Origin: Psilocybe cubensis
Taxonomy: Eukaryota
Direction of reading: 5' to 3'
NCBI GenBank assembly: GCA_017499595.2
Contig: CM039006.1
Coordinates: 2,728,001 to 2,792,000, forward strand
DNA: 64,000 nucleotides
In this document: one piece after another, positions 1 through 14,000 of the stretch
How positions within the stretch are numbered: the stretch's first letter is position 1
Layout of the letters: every line of letters begins with the position of its first letter
The notes under the pieces: generated by a model
The model's input: the letters and a program-made list of their open reading frames with translations, nothing else
Database searches by the model: none
What the model was told of the DNA's origin: nothing
Program-made: the position numbers and the translations under genes

Positions 1-2138
1 TTACTCTCAACTTCCTCTACCTCCAGGCCCAAAAGGTCTTCCGATAATTGGAAACCTTCGTGACATGCCTACATCCTTTGAATGGAAAACCTACCACAAG
101 TGGTCCAAGGAACTTGGTATGGTCCCGTTTATACTCGCACGCGAACGATCCGTTAATGGTAATGGATTGATTCAAGACACGGATATTCTCTACCTCAATG
201 TTGCGGGAACATCAATTGTGGTACTCGACTCTTGGGAAGCTATCCTTGAACTTTTTGAGAAGCGCTCTTCGATATATTCTGACAGGTAAGCAATGATGGC
301 TTTTTGGCACAGCGGATGTCCATACTTGATAACGTGGGGACAGAGCTCGGATGCCTATGATCAACGAACTGATGGGATGGAATTTCAACTTTGGCTTCAT
401 GAAATATGGTGTGTTTTTTATCATAGCTGTTACTGCAATCGATGCTCATTGTATGGGAAGGGGAGCGATGGTGAACCCTTCTATAGCCTTTCCGACCCTA
501 ATATACGGCTGACTCCAGTGTTCCAGGCGCCGCCACCGTAGACTTATGCACCATAACTTCCATCCTACTGCCGCCGCCCGTTTCCGACCCCACCTTTTAA
601 AGGCTGCACGTAACCTGTTGAATCGGTTCCTCGACATGCCTAACGATGTGATTGGGAACTTGCGGCAGTATGTAACATTCATTGAACTATCATCAAATTT
701 CTAACGTTATGTTGTAGTATGGCTGGAGAGACCATCATGTCCGTAGCATATGGCTTAGAGGTGAAACCAAAGGATGATCCTTACATTAGGACAGCAGAGC
801 AAGGTGTCCATCCGCTGGTAGCGGCCGGTGTTCCTGGCGCGTTTCTGGTCGACGTTCTTCCGTTCCTCAAATATGTTCCCGAGTGGATGCCCGGAGCTGG
901 ATTCCAGACCAAGGCTCGAGAATGGAAAAAGCTCGCTCTGAATATGGTTGAAATTCCATTTGCTGCCGCAAAGCGCAACTTGGTGGGCAATGTTCTCTGT
1001 TTGCCAAAGGTATCGTGGACTCATATGTGATTTTCTGTAGGCGAACGGAGTATCGTCACTTTGTGTGGCATCTTTGAGTCTACAAAAGCTTGAGAATGGT
1101 ACCACAGACGACGCGTATGCAGAGGATATCATTCAAGGTGTGACTGGCACTATGTATGCGGGTAAGTGGTAGATTAAGACCTTATTCATGTCATGAATCG
1201 TTCTGTTCTTTTGTAGCTGGATCCGACACAGTGAGGATTTTTTTTTAAAGTTACGCCCGATGATCTGTACTAAAAGAGAATCCTCACGCAGACAGTATCA
1301 GCCGTTGCTTCTTGCATTCTGGGATTACTGGACAAACCAGAGGTTATTAAAAAGGCCCAGGAAGAATTGGATAGAGTCGTCAAGCCTGGCCACCTGCCCG
1401 ACTTTGATGATGAGGAGTCATTACCGTACATAACCGCTATAGTAAAAGAAACCCTTCGTTGGAGAGATGTCGTTCCTATTGGTGAGCTACAAACACATCT
1501 ATCCGTTGACAAATTTAATTCAAGTAAACTACAGCAATTCCTCGTCTATTAACTGTTGACGATGAGTACAAGGGATATCGCTTACCTGCCGGGGCGATTG
1601 TCATTCCAAATGCATGGTCGGTAATCATATTATATGTGTTATCTGTCTAATTAGTTGTGTTCTATTTAGGGCTATGCTGCACAACGAAGACGTATATCCT
1701 GATCCGTTTGAATTTAACCCGGACAGATTTATGAAGGACGGAAAATTTAATAAATCAGTGAGAGATCCTAGTCACGCATGCTGGGGCTTCGGTAGACGGT
1801 ATGTGTGACAATCTGTATCTAATCATGCAGATATACTGATTCCAGCTTAGAATTTGCCCTGGACGTTACATGGCCTTCTCTTCTGTTTGGATTGCCGTAG
1901 CTTCTCTCTTGACTGTTTATGATATTAAAAAAGCTGTCGATGAGGAAGGAAATGTGATCGAGCCCCAACATGACTACCTGTCAGCACTGGTATGGTGAGT
2001 GAATTTTTTACCTACTTGCATGCATCGGTAACTCACGGAAACCACAGTATGCCGAAGCCATATAAATGCTCCATTACACCACGCTCCCAGAAAGCGGAAA
2101 GGCTTATTCGCTCCGCGTCCAACCTTGAGGCTTTATAA
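1..2138 (+). CDS. Cytochrome P450 (CYP5144/CYP64-like), multi-exon, 5' end outside window
   Basis: LPPGPKGLPIIGNL hinge, AGSDT I-helix, KETLRW (ExxR), FNPDRF, WGFGRR|ICPG heme motif split by an intron; GT-AG introns; TAA at 2136-2138. Confidence 0.95.
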
Positions 2139-3476
2139 CATAACAGGTGCTTGATCAAGCACTTCTCTTGAGTAATACCCGTGTAGATACCATGCTGAGT
2201 GAAGTTATAGGTACTTTCTATTTAAAACCTCAATTTGATATCATACATCTTTATTTTTGTGCACTCAAAACCGACATATACGTCATTCAAAATACCCTTG
2301 AGTGCACCAGATGATGAGTGACGAAACAAATGGCGGTAGCGACAGAACGCATCAGATGCGTATTGCAGAGATTTGTACGAATTCGTATTCATCTGGCTTC
2401 AAAGTGGTCATTGGACTGGGGGACACGACCTTCGGATATGCTTCACCAATGAGCTAAGAGCTAGAAAGCCTTCTCATTGTGAGATATTCGCGCCAATCCA
2501 GCACTTCAAAAGCTCGACTGCTTGGCATACTCTGGATAGGAGGAAGCATCGGACTCCCGTTGCACCGGAATACGGTGATGATAGCACAAATCTTATACCG
2601 TCTACTCCATCAAAGTTTACCCACATTTTAACAAGACCTTTATTTCTCTGAATGGTGCACATGGCATAATCAGATTCTTGGCTATGTTGCTTGGACGTGG
2701 GGTAACGCGGGGGGATGTGGAGATCAGGCCTTGGTCCTGCATGCATTTCAAATAAGGGCCGATGTTCAGAGGATCACCCAGTGCATTGTTGCCGAGGAGG
2801 TTTCTTAGACAAGGATTACACTTGGGCGTTGAGCGCTGAGCCGGTAGTTCTGTGCTTTGTTTCAACCTGTTGTCATTCGGAGAAACTGCTCCCGAAGCAC
2901 CCGTCGGTACACCAAATTCTTCGCTCAAACACACTCCAGCCCAGGCATCCCAATCATTCATCAAGTTCTACAAAGATTTTAGTACAGAACTACCAGGCCA
3001 ACAATTACTGTGTGTTCCGTTTCGGGATACACGGTCTACCAATGGCCAACGGGTGACGTAGCCATTTAGCTCAACAAGTTTTCTTTCCCTGATATATATA
3101 TTCCGGAAACTAAGGACATATCCAGTCTTATATGGGCTTCATGATTTCTCATTTGAGCATCGTATAAGTCCGATTTGCAAAAACCGACATGTATTTTTAC
3201 GTATTGACTTGAGCCGTCATCGGAAGCGCAGGGAAGCGCTCGTTTCGCATGAGCCAAGGTAGGCGCCAAGAGATCCAACTGAAGATACATATCTCATTAT
3301 TGGACGACCCTGGTCACTTTCAACTTGCTTCACTGCGCGCTCCCTATATAATTCAATGGAGGTTTTATCATAGGACCAGGCCAAGTACAACCCAAAAGCC
3401 ATTTAGACGCGATTCGAAGAGCTACACTCTTTTCTTCACCCCTCTCGATTTTTTTGTCGTCCTCGGACACTCAGAA

Positions 3477-5465
3477 ATGTCACTCTCAAAGCCCAAGACC
3501 AGCGAGGATTCAGTATCATTGGAGAAGCCTCATGTTTCTACCTACCAGAGCAATGAAGACACGCAAGGTCCGACTTTCGATAGCACTCGTACGTCTGCCC
3601 TATTGCGCAAATTAGATTGGAACATTGTTCCCTTTCTGTCATTGTTATACTTGTAAGTCATCTCAAGGATGTTCTTCAGATGACTTAACGTTCACATCTG
3701 CCTTCCAGGCTTTCATTCCTTGATCGAACAAACATTGGCAATGCGCGACTAGCTGGTTTGGAGCAGGATTTAAACATGAAAAATCTCGATTATAATGTAT
3801 GTACTTTACCATTTTCTTTTTACTGATAGTGTCAACGTCTCACTGGATGTGTATAGATTGCGCTCGCCGTCTTCTTTCCGTGGTATGTTGCTGCGGAGAT
3901 ACCAAGCAATATTATGATGAAGCGAACGAGTCCCTCACTTTGGTTGTGCATTATTATGCTCGCCTGGGGTATATGTAGGTTCAATTTCGAGCCAGCGTCT
4001 AGATCCAACCGCTGAGTTATGTCCTTCTAAGCGATGACCCTGATGGGACTGGTCAAGAATTTTGCGAGCTTACTCATTGTTCGTATGGCACTTGGACTTG
4101 CAGAGGGCGGTCTATTCCCCGGAGTTACGTGGTACATCACTTTATGGTACCGCAGGCATGAATGTGGCCTGCGTATGGCCATTTTCTTCTCTGCCGCTAC
4201 ACTTGCGGGTGCATTTGGAGGTCTTCTGGCTCGTGGAATCTCTGAAATGAAGGGCGTTGGAGGAAAGCCAGGGTGGGCTTGGATTTTTATTCTAGAAGGT
4301 ATAGCAACGGTTGTTGTTGCGGCATTCGCAAAGTGGATTATTCACGACAACCCCGAGACGTAAGTTTGTACATTTTCTCGCCTGTGCTCAACGCTGACGT
4401 TGATTTTTTTGCTGCGTAGCGCCAGATTTTTAACAGAAGAGGAACGAACTGAGATCAAAGCCCGGCTGAAGCTGGATCGTACTTCGCTAGCGGATGAGTA
4501 TCATATACGCTACCTTTACGCCGCTCTTCGCGATTGGAAAATATACGTCCACATGCTCATTACTATCGGTATGTACGGATTCAAAGGTTATCGACCATTA
4601 TGATGAACCTATTAATCTTATTGGACACGGAATTAAAGGCATATACACTCCGCTTTATTCTATCTCGCTATTTCTTCCGACGATTGTCAAAAATATGGGG
4701 TACAGCAATAATAGGTCACAGCTGATGAGTGTGCCACCTTACGTCGTTGGCTGTGTTGCCACAATCTCCGCCGGTTACTTTGCAGATAAGTCTAAGGAGC
4801 GAGGTCGTTATATGATGGCGTGCTGCCTCGTTGCGATTTTTGGCTTCGTCCTTCTTATCTCTACCAGCAACTCCCATGTCCAATACGCCGGAACCTTTTT
4901 TGCAGTCTCTGGGTTAGTCCCTTAGCTTACCTTTTATCACTGGATATTGATTTACATATTCTTCCCCAGAATTTATCCTAATGTACCCATGGGAGTTGCG
5001 TGGAATGGCAACAACATTGGAGGATCGACTAAACGAGCTGTCGGTATTGCGATGCATGTTGGTGAGTACACAGGAAATACTGTCCGAAAAATTAATCTAA
5101 GGTCATCAACGTTTAATTCGCTTGAAATGCAGGTTTCGGAAACTTGGGAGGGGTAATATCTGCCTTCGCTTATCGTTCCAAAGACGCACCTCGATACTAC
5201 TCTGGGCACGGACTTCTGATTGCGACAGTGTCCATGAGCTTTGTCTTATCACTCTTCATGCATCTTTATCTTAAGCGTGAGAATGCCAGACGCGATGCGA
5301 GCATGAAAAGCTTAGGATATACTCTCGACTCGTACACCGAGGAGATGAAGCACTCTGAGCGAGAAAAGGGGGACTATGCATCTGTGAGTGATATCCTTAG
5401 CTTTTGTTACAAACTTCATAATTCCACTAACCCCATGTTCTCAGTTTTTCCGCTACACTACTTAA
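3477..5465 (+). CDS. MFS transporter, anion:cation symporter (allantoate/nicotinate permease-like) family
   Basis: LLRKLDWNIVP, LSFLDRTNIGNARLAG, GLAEGGLFPG, GWAWIFILEG and C-terminal FRYTT* across GT-AG introns. Confidence 0.93.
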
Positions 5466-7532
5466 ATATCCGACCGTCAGTCCCAACTCATTTCTTCCAC
5501 CTCGTTCTATTACATATTTAGTGGAAAATTACATCATTATTGATACTGGTCCTGGATTATGCTATAATGCTTGCAGATTTCGTACTCCATTGCAATCACG
5601 TAGCTACCCCGAGCTCTGCACGTCCTTGCTATCTTTGCCAATTTGACTGTATTATATAAAGACGTAGCGTAGACGACCTTGTGGTAGCTTGCGATATAAA
5701 TAGAATTGGCGCTTGCTTAGGTTGCTCTTGGGCGCTTGGTAAAGCTTGGTGCGAGCCGTGTGACTGGTGTCCACGTTGTACACTTTCTGGCACATCCTGT
5801 CATGTCCACCCGTATATCGCCGAGATATAACCAGGCGTAAAAGACAAAAGTTGTACTAGACTTGGCAACTGACAACACATAGCCACTTTTAGGGAGTGTG
5901 AATCTGTGCAGAACTCGTTCCCAGCTTCAGTCTATGCCAATCATGTTACAGACACTCCTAAATCTCCTTCGTGTTGTTAACAGGATGACTGGTTTCCCTA
6001 CCAGGCGACAAACCATCCTTCCGGTTCGTTTGATGTAAAATTCACGATACATCATCTGGTGAAATGTTAGATGATTCACGCGGGCACACCGATTCTACAC
6101 ACAACACGAATGAGTATTAGTCCATTGGGAGTTAGTTGACTGATGACTTGTACTACCATCCTAGATCCTTAAGTGACTTTCTTTCAGACTATGCTCGGAG
6201 TGATTGTGCTATTCTTTAATGCTCTCTCGTTTTGTATTGAAATTTGAAAACTCGTGTACATTCGCTCTAAAATCCAGATTTGTATAGTTACCCATTACCC
6301 ACAATAAATTGATAACCGTTTTTACGAAGACGATTGGTTTTCTGAGCAAGCGCTTAACTGTTCTTCGATGTTCCAGCCCGTGAGGTTCGACCCAATATGC
6401 ACAAACATATGACAACAAAAGTTGGCAGGTGAAATTCTATTTCACTCTCATTACACGATGGGCACCTAACTGTCATGTGGCTATCTAACATGTTAGCTAG
6501 GTTGTTGCCATAATATTGTATTATGTTAATTGTCATGTAATTGTCACGTTAACTGTCATGTTTTTTGAGTCACACTCTGCCTTGTCACTCATGACATGGG
6601 GTCCAGCAGATACATATCCGGTTGACTTGGGGGAAAAATGAAAGGAAATGTAGAGTGTATACATTAACACTACACCACCTGGCCAATATTAAACACTAGG
6701 GGTATTGGCTTAAGAAAATAGTAATTTGTCTGAATTTTTTTGATTGATCAAATTGCAATTAAATTTCAAGATTTATTGACAATAAAATTGATGTGGTGCA
6801 CATCATGGCGGTATTTGAATCCATCAATACCCATGCCGATTGGCCGATCAGTAATCATGCTCGCTAGAATCCCCCTATTCGTATCAATTTCTTCCAATAT
6901 GGCGCGTACTCGCGCATTAGAGAGACAGCATGCACCTAGATATCAGCAAAATAAGGACAAGAATCTCACTTCCTGGGAAAGAATGGCAATTTTCCTCATT
7001 AACGATGCAAAAACGGTCGACGAGCAAACAGTCGCAATCATGTTCTCACATCACGCAAACTAAGATCGGAAATCACGTCGATTACGTGCTGAGAGGCTTG
7101 CTCTAGATGGGTGTAATTGTTGACAGAATGCGCACCCTGCCAGGCATTGGGAAACACAGCTGAAAACGCGCGCAAAGAGGAGACACGCCGCGAAATAAAG
7201 ACGCGTTGCTGCGGTCGGCATGTTGGCCGCTTTCAAGCTCATTCAAACTCAGAAAGGCACACCAACAGTACACACCACATGAATTTTACGAGTAGCACTA
7301 CTATTGCCCCCAAGTCAACCGGTTATGTAACTGCCAGACTCCATTTTTGATTGCTAGCTTTGGGACTTGAAGACTATTCATGGTTCACAGAGACTTACTG
7401 GGTCATGAGTGACAAGGCAGAGTGTGACCCAAAAAACATGACAGTTAACATGGCCTTGCTGTAAAGCTAAGGCTCCCCACTATTGAAAAGATGAATGTTT
7501 AGACGTTGTTTGTCACAGCTATTTTTAACGTC

Positions 7533-7679
7533 TTTGCCAAACCTTACCCTGCCATTGGGACTTGCACTCGAATGTTGAGACATTGTTTGGTTCTAATGTG
7601 TTTGCCAAACCTTACCCTGCCATTTGGACTAGGACGAATGTTGAGACATTGTTTGGTTCTAACGACTGTACCAAACCTT
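7533..7679 (+). repeat. Subterminal tandem repeat, ~68-bp unit, two copies plus a partial
   Basis: TTTGCCAAACCTTACCCTGCCATT...CGAATGTTGAGACATTGTTTGGTTCTAA starts at 7533 and 7601; partial CCAAACCTT at 7671. Confidence 0.85.
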
Positions 7680-8078
7680 GTCGCACTGTGTACTCCTCTC
7701 CCTGAACGTTGTACACTCATGACCGACGCCATCTACCTGGTTGTCCATTTAAATTTTCACTTCTCTTTGACTTGTCTAACTCACTCCTTATCCTACAGGC
7801 TCAACTCTCCGCATATATTCCTAAGAAGTCGAAGTCCACTGTCATCACGTCTGTTTGACGAAGTCAAAGACCACCGTCATGTCTGCACCCCAATCCAACA
7901 ATGCAGTAACCAGCCCCCCTTCGATGTGGCTTACCATCAACTCTGACGATCTGACAATGGACCGTCCTACCAATGTGAGTCTTCATCATACCTATTTCTA
8001 TCTTCACTAACCATGTCGTTCAGCCTCGTACACAAAATTAACAAATCCTTCTTTTGTTACTAAAAAATGTATTCTAAT

Positions 8079-11000
8079 CTAATATAATCCGATTCTCTGT
8101 TGTTGATCGAATTCCCATCGTACTTTCGTCTGTTTATTCAACTCCTCCAGCCTCTTCATATCCGCTCGAAGATCTTCCGATGGATGGTGCTGAAAAAGTT
8201 TGTGGTCAAACTTTCTGAGCAGACGGATTGTATCTCTACCCCGACTCCTTGACAGGGCCACGTACGCCCCAAATGGTGATAAACTGCCGCTGGGAGGGGG
8301 TGCTAGGTCAATAATGACATACTCAATGGTTTGCCCCTGTGACTTGTAATCCGTGAACGCGTAGCCAGCCGTGATGGCATATTGTCGCCGCATAATGGTC
8401 GTCGCTTTCTTCTCGCCCTCCAGTTTGACTGATATTTTTGCTTCAGAGGGGGTCAAAGGTATCAGCCCCGGTTCAATGCCTTCAAAACGTAGATGAGTTG
8501 GTTTGTTGGGTTTGAAAAGCAACATGGCCGGAGGATATTTCAGTTTCGCCACACCATTTTCAATTACTGGATGTCTTCCTTCTCTCTCGTCTAATATTAT
8601 GTCGTGAATGATACCCCTGGTGCCGTTCGCGATATCAGCTTCTGTAGCAATGTTTATCTTGATCATGGCTTTCATGCCAACCGCAATTTCAATGACATCC
8701 GTCAGGTTTCCTGTGAGATCTTCTTTCATCGCTGCGATTTCGCATCGCTGAGCAATCGATGCCCTCTCTCCGGTGCTTTTCACTGTATCCTCCGCTTCAA
8801 CAATGTATCTGATGTTTCCACTGCGATGACAATGTTTCTTGATCGCTGCTTGATTCCACATCTCTCTGACTACATGCCGAGGAGTTACTAGGATAGCGTC
8901 ATCCCAGGGTGGTTGAGTAAAATCGGGTACAACACAGCGCTGGTCTTCCAAAACCAACTTTTCTATTTCATCGATATCGTCGTAGTCACACTCTCCGACT
9001 CTCAGGCGATTCAGAATCTCCATCCATTGTACGTCTTTCACCCGTATTTGTTTGTCGAGAATGACAACTGTCTCAAATTGTTTGAAGATTTCTCTGCCTA
9101 ACATTGCGCGCACCGAGTCCTTCTCGCTCTCCACATACAACGCTCCTTGAGGTTTACGCACCGGAGGAAATTGATGAAAGTCTCCGGTGAGAATTACATG
9201 CATTCCCCCAAATGGTAGATCGGCGTTGGCACCTCTCGCTTTGCCATGAACATGACCCGTCACGGCGGACGTTAGTTGAAGGGCTGTTTTGTCGGCCATT
9301 GAAGCCTCGTCCAGAATCAAGAATGATTTCCCCTCTATATTTCGCTTTCGCTTAGCGAGCATCTCAGCCGAGGGTTTCTCCAGCCATTCATCAGTTTGTG
9401 GGGTATTTTTTGAAAGACCGGCCCATGAATGTAGCGTTTGCCCCCCGATATCAGTGGCCGCAATGCCCGTAGTGGCGCACTTTGCTAAGATGTTGAGTTG
9501 GCCGTAAAAGTCAAATGTCTCCGTAATAGCTCCGATTAACATTGACTTCCCAACACCCCCTTGCCCAAGTATCAGCATCAAAAGCTGCTTGGCGTGCCCA
9601 TCTGTTGTCTACCATTGAGTTCCATCATGAACTTCATTAGCCTGAATGAGTACTTACGGGTTGTCAGATGTTCCACCAGCTTCCTTTCAACAATATCATG
9701 GGCACGACGTTGCTCCTCGTTAAGGTACGCTAGAAGGCGTCGTTCGATACCACGGACTGGACGCCCTGAATCGGTTTGCATATCAAAGTGTGCATAGCTC
9801 TCGTCCATTAGTCTTTCGACATGGGGTGGTAAGTGGTTTATAGACCCTAATACCCTCGGCTCTCTCTCATCGCTCGTCATGTTGTCGCACGAGGCATCCA
9901 TTGCGTTTGTCACTCTAACAGTTTCTTTCAACTGCTGGTCCCACGCTGCTATCCTGTCTATTTCCTCCTCTCCTCTTGCCACGCGACAACCTGCTCTCCA
10001 CACTGTGTCTGGGCATTCTTCCTCAAAAAATCCGACTCGTTCTCCTTCATAGAGTGCTGCCGCTGCAAAAAGCGTCTCCCTGGCGGGTATTTTGCCCATC
10101 CGCGCTATCTCTACATCCTCTTCCGTTAATTCGTCGAAAAACGGATCCGCTCGCATCTCCTCTTCTAGCATCTCTTTCTCCTCGTTTTCGAAGTCCAATT
10201 CGCACTCCACAGGTTGGTCTCGAGTCCCTTGATTCTTCTCCATTTCTCTTCGCGCGTGCGCTCCATCAAGACATTCATAGTAGTACTGAATGTTGTGGAT
10301 TACGGTGTGTACTCTCCTTTTGCCTTCGCCCAAAAGTTGTTGAAATCGTGCTTCAAAGGTGGCGCACTCTCCCTTCAGCGATTGCAGCTCCGTCCATGGC
10401 GAAAGTAATGCAACCATTGACGCAAAGTAGAACTCTTTTTCATGATCTTCCATACAGTCATTTCGTGGAAACCAACGGCCAACGAACCTTGGTAGCCTCT
10501 CGTGCCCCGGTCCACGGATAATACGACAACGGCTCGCCTTGCCTGCCCCTTCTTTGTATGGTACTCGTTGACTCATAGGACGACCTCGTGCCACCCCATC
10601 GCCCTGTTCCTCCATGTCTAGACCTCCTGTCGACTCGACGTTGATGCTCCCGTTTTCGACTCCTTCGTGGCCCGCATCTCCTTCGTGTTCAGGACGTGGT
10701 CCACCTTTCTTCCCAAGATCTCCCTCGTATGTGAACAGCATGAAATCTAAAAAACTCATATGCTCCAATTCCTCCCCCCTATAAACGTAGTCGCGCAACT
10801 GATCTTTGATCATGGCACGTCCGTCTACCATTTCCAATGTAACATCGTGGGCCTGCTCCTGATTTTGGTGGCAACGTCAACAATGCTACTTAAAATAACA
10901 CAAAAATTCTGCCTACCTGCGTGCTGCCACCAGACCCTTCCCGATCATCGCTGGTTGTACCGTCTGGTTCGACTGTCGTGGGTGGGGATTTCTCCTCGTG

Positions 11001-14000
11001 ACTCTGTTGTGGTGGAATAGTTCTGTCAAGGAACAGTCAGCTCGCAAAGTCAATGTGTTGGTGGTTCTATGTCATACCTTGGTTTGCAAAGTTCTGGATA
11101 CATCTTTTTCAACGTACGGGCGACCGGATCCCAGAAAATCGGTATGTAGTGATGTGATTCGTAAACATCCCCCCATCCCATGATGTAGCTAACTATTTCT
11201 GGGCCGCTAAACTCTCGATAACGAGTTAAGGAATTGGCACAACGTTGGATCAGTCGTTTGTTCACGAGCTGCATATCGGTAACACCCCGGTCCGCTGCTT
11301 TCGAGAAGGCAAAGGCATTGGCCAACAGAGCGGACAAGTTTGAGGTTCGCTGTTGTTTCTTCGTGGCATAATTGGTGATGTAGAACGTAATGGTTGCAGT
11401 ATCCATTCCGCTCAAAATCAATTTCAAGTCGTGATTCGCCCGTAATGCGTGCATAATCCAGGGATTGAAAGCGTTCAGGAGTTCGCACAGTCTCTTAGGA
11501 CCCCACCGGCCCACTTCATCCACCCATGCATGCACTGCCTTCTCGAAGGGTGCCCGCCGTTTGCACTGCATCCGTCCGTTGATTAATTTTAGACATGCGG
11601 CCGCGGTGCATTTATGATATTGCATGGCCCTCACTAACTTTTCCAGCTGCTCCAGCAACTCTTGATCAGTGGCATGGCGAGGATCCACCGGTCTAGAGTA
11701 CCCAACACCTGCGACTTTAGGAATAGCCAGCACTTGCTCTTTCGTCTTTCCACCAATATCCGCTTGAATCACCGTTTCGATATACCTCCGCATTTTCTCT
11801 CGAAACCTTTCTGATAATAGCGCTCGTTTCATCTCGTCTGCATTGGGCGCATCCTTCAGCCATATAAGTGTGTGCAAATGAAGAGTTCCTCGACCCTGAG
11901 CCTCTACCGTGCCGATATAGCATTGCACTTTCCCCAGCACGCCGTATTCACGTTCCAACCGTCCCTGTGGATACTTTTTAATGCCCAAAAGCTCTTCCAA
12001 CACCAATTTCATAATGAAGTGAAAATATTGTGCCGAGGCGTACGGATCCGATGCCATGTTCGTGGCTCGACGAGTGTGGTCTGGCCCTGCGGTATTGCAA
12101 AACGCATCGAGGTCAATCTCCTCTCCCGCAAACACCTGTGCAATTGGATCTTGGGTATCGGCCGGGTTGATGGTCATCCAAATGGATGGAGGGTTGAACA
12201 GCAGGTTGGTGCCCCAAACTTTCGATCGTACTGAGCTCCGAGATTCATCTGTTCCTTTAACCGCCTTTCTGACTGCCCTCAATTCTGTCCGTAACGCTCG
12301 AACCGCTGGGTTGGTAAACGTGATTCCCCGCTTTTCTTCCTGGCTCGCTTGAAGTAGGTCCCTTGGTTTCAATGTTGATATTAGCCTCATGTTGCGCATA
12401 AAGGTGGATTTCTTCATTTGAAGAACAGCCGATCTGCAGACTTCCCGCTTCTGCATGACACCAAAAACTTGGAAAGGATAGTGCGGGTCTTTGCGAAACC
12501 TGTGATCGTGATATTCCATGGTCCACCTAACGTGAGTCTCGTAGGGCACCTGAACAGGCCGATCTGTTTCTATTCCTCCGGCGCCATACGGGAACAGAGC
12601 GGGAAAGCTTCCCAAGAGATGGTTGGGGTTGCTTGGACCCCCGTGGTGAAGTCGCCCATTTTGCTGGTTCCTGCGAGGGTATTCGTTTACGAAGGTGTTT
12701 CCACGACGAACTGTGAAGTCTTCAGGAACTTGATGAGACGTGTCTGTGCCAGTACACATGTTGTTAAGGGCATGAGCCAGCAGTTCTGACGTGGTGATAT
12801 CTCCACCCTGGACATCGACAACGCCGTGGGATAGAAGGGGGATAACGGACGGTAGAACTTCCCCTGAAGTCATGGTCAGAATACGGTCAGTGCCAGGATT
12901 GCAAGACAAAGTAACGGGTTATTTACCTTCTTCAACATGGCTATTGTCGTGCTCGTCAATCTCCGTGAGTCCAGCTTCGTTCAACGCATCTTGAAATGCT
13001 TGAGAAGAAAGGTGTTCATGCAACTCGCAACTTCCCACGAAGAATAAACTTACCTTCTTCTTCCGCCGCGTCCTCTGGCACGTACCCGGCATGTTCCTTT
13101 TCAACTGCTTGCAAGTCAGACGAGTATTTGGTGGTGGCCAGTAGTTCCAAAGGTATACCATCTTCCGGCAACATTTGCAAGTTTTCATCGCTGATATCAA
13201 TGTTTTCATACAGTGGATTGTTCGCTTTCAACCAGACTAGGGCGGCATGCACACGTTTTCTGCGAACTTTGAACATTGCTGGCATGGTCGACTCCGGCAA
13301 TCCTTTGGGCCCAACAAAGGTCACTCCGATAGTGGCAGGTAAAATTTTCGACGGGCGGGGGAACACGTTTTTGCCCCCTTTTAACATGGAGGCTACTTGG
13401 TTTGGATCAAGCTTGTACGTTGAGACGTTTCCCCGTAGGCCGCTATGCATTTGTGACCGATCCCAGTGTTGTGCACCTTTCTGTTTGGGAAACAATTTGA
13501 TGATGTACGCCGCAGGGAAATACATGGCGATTAGCATCTTTTCCGGGAGAGTGAGATCGGCGAGTTCTCGTGGTACGTCACCTACCCACATGTTGTTGCC
13601 CAAGCTGAATTTCGGTCGTTTACATTTCTTCAAGGAACTGAGGCATTCGGAACACAGTATAGCGTTGTTGCCGTCCAGCAGAGAGCCAGTATGGAGAAGC
13701 ATCCCCTCAGTTAGTACATGAGCGGGATGAGGGGTATACGGGTTCAAAAGATGGCGATGTGGTATGTCACTCAGTTTGAGCACATTCATTTCTTCCTCTA
13801 ACATCTCCCTGGCACATGACGCGCAGACCCGATGGCGCAATGCTTCATTCGAAGACGCATCAATGAACTTCGCAAGTCGTTCTTTGCATAGGTCTATGGA
13901 CGGGGGCATCAGGAAATCGCCTTCAATAATCTCTTGGAGTCTCTCATCGGAGACTTCATAGAAATTTAGCCTCTCGGCGGCCGTGGGTTGTGGGTCTTCT

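Noticed and set aside
2373-3400. Several overlapping short ORFs between the P450 and MFS genes
   Set aside because: No motifs or coherent exon structure; treated as intergenic.
1-5465. P450 + MFS transporter as a psilocybin-type or other biosynthetic cluster
   Set aside because: No decarboxylase, methyltransferase, phosphotransferase, PKS, NRPS or terpene synthase is recognisable in the window; sequence upstream of base 1 is not visible.
6354-6536. ORFs 6354-6536(-) and 25965-26153(+) encode the same peptide (MTINI.QYYGNNLANMLDSHMTVRCPSC)
   Set aside because: These are translations of the two TIR arms, not genes.
6740-7350. Short ORFs inside the TIR element
   Set aside because: No recognisable transposase motifs and interrupted by stops; may be a relic but cannot be supported.
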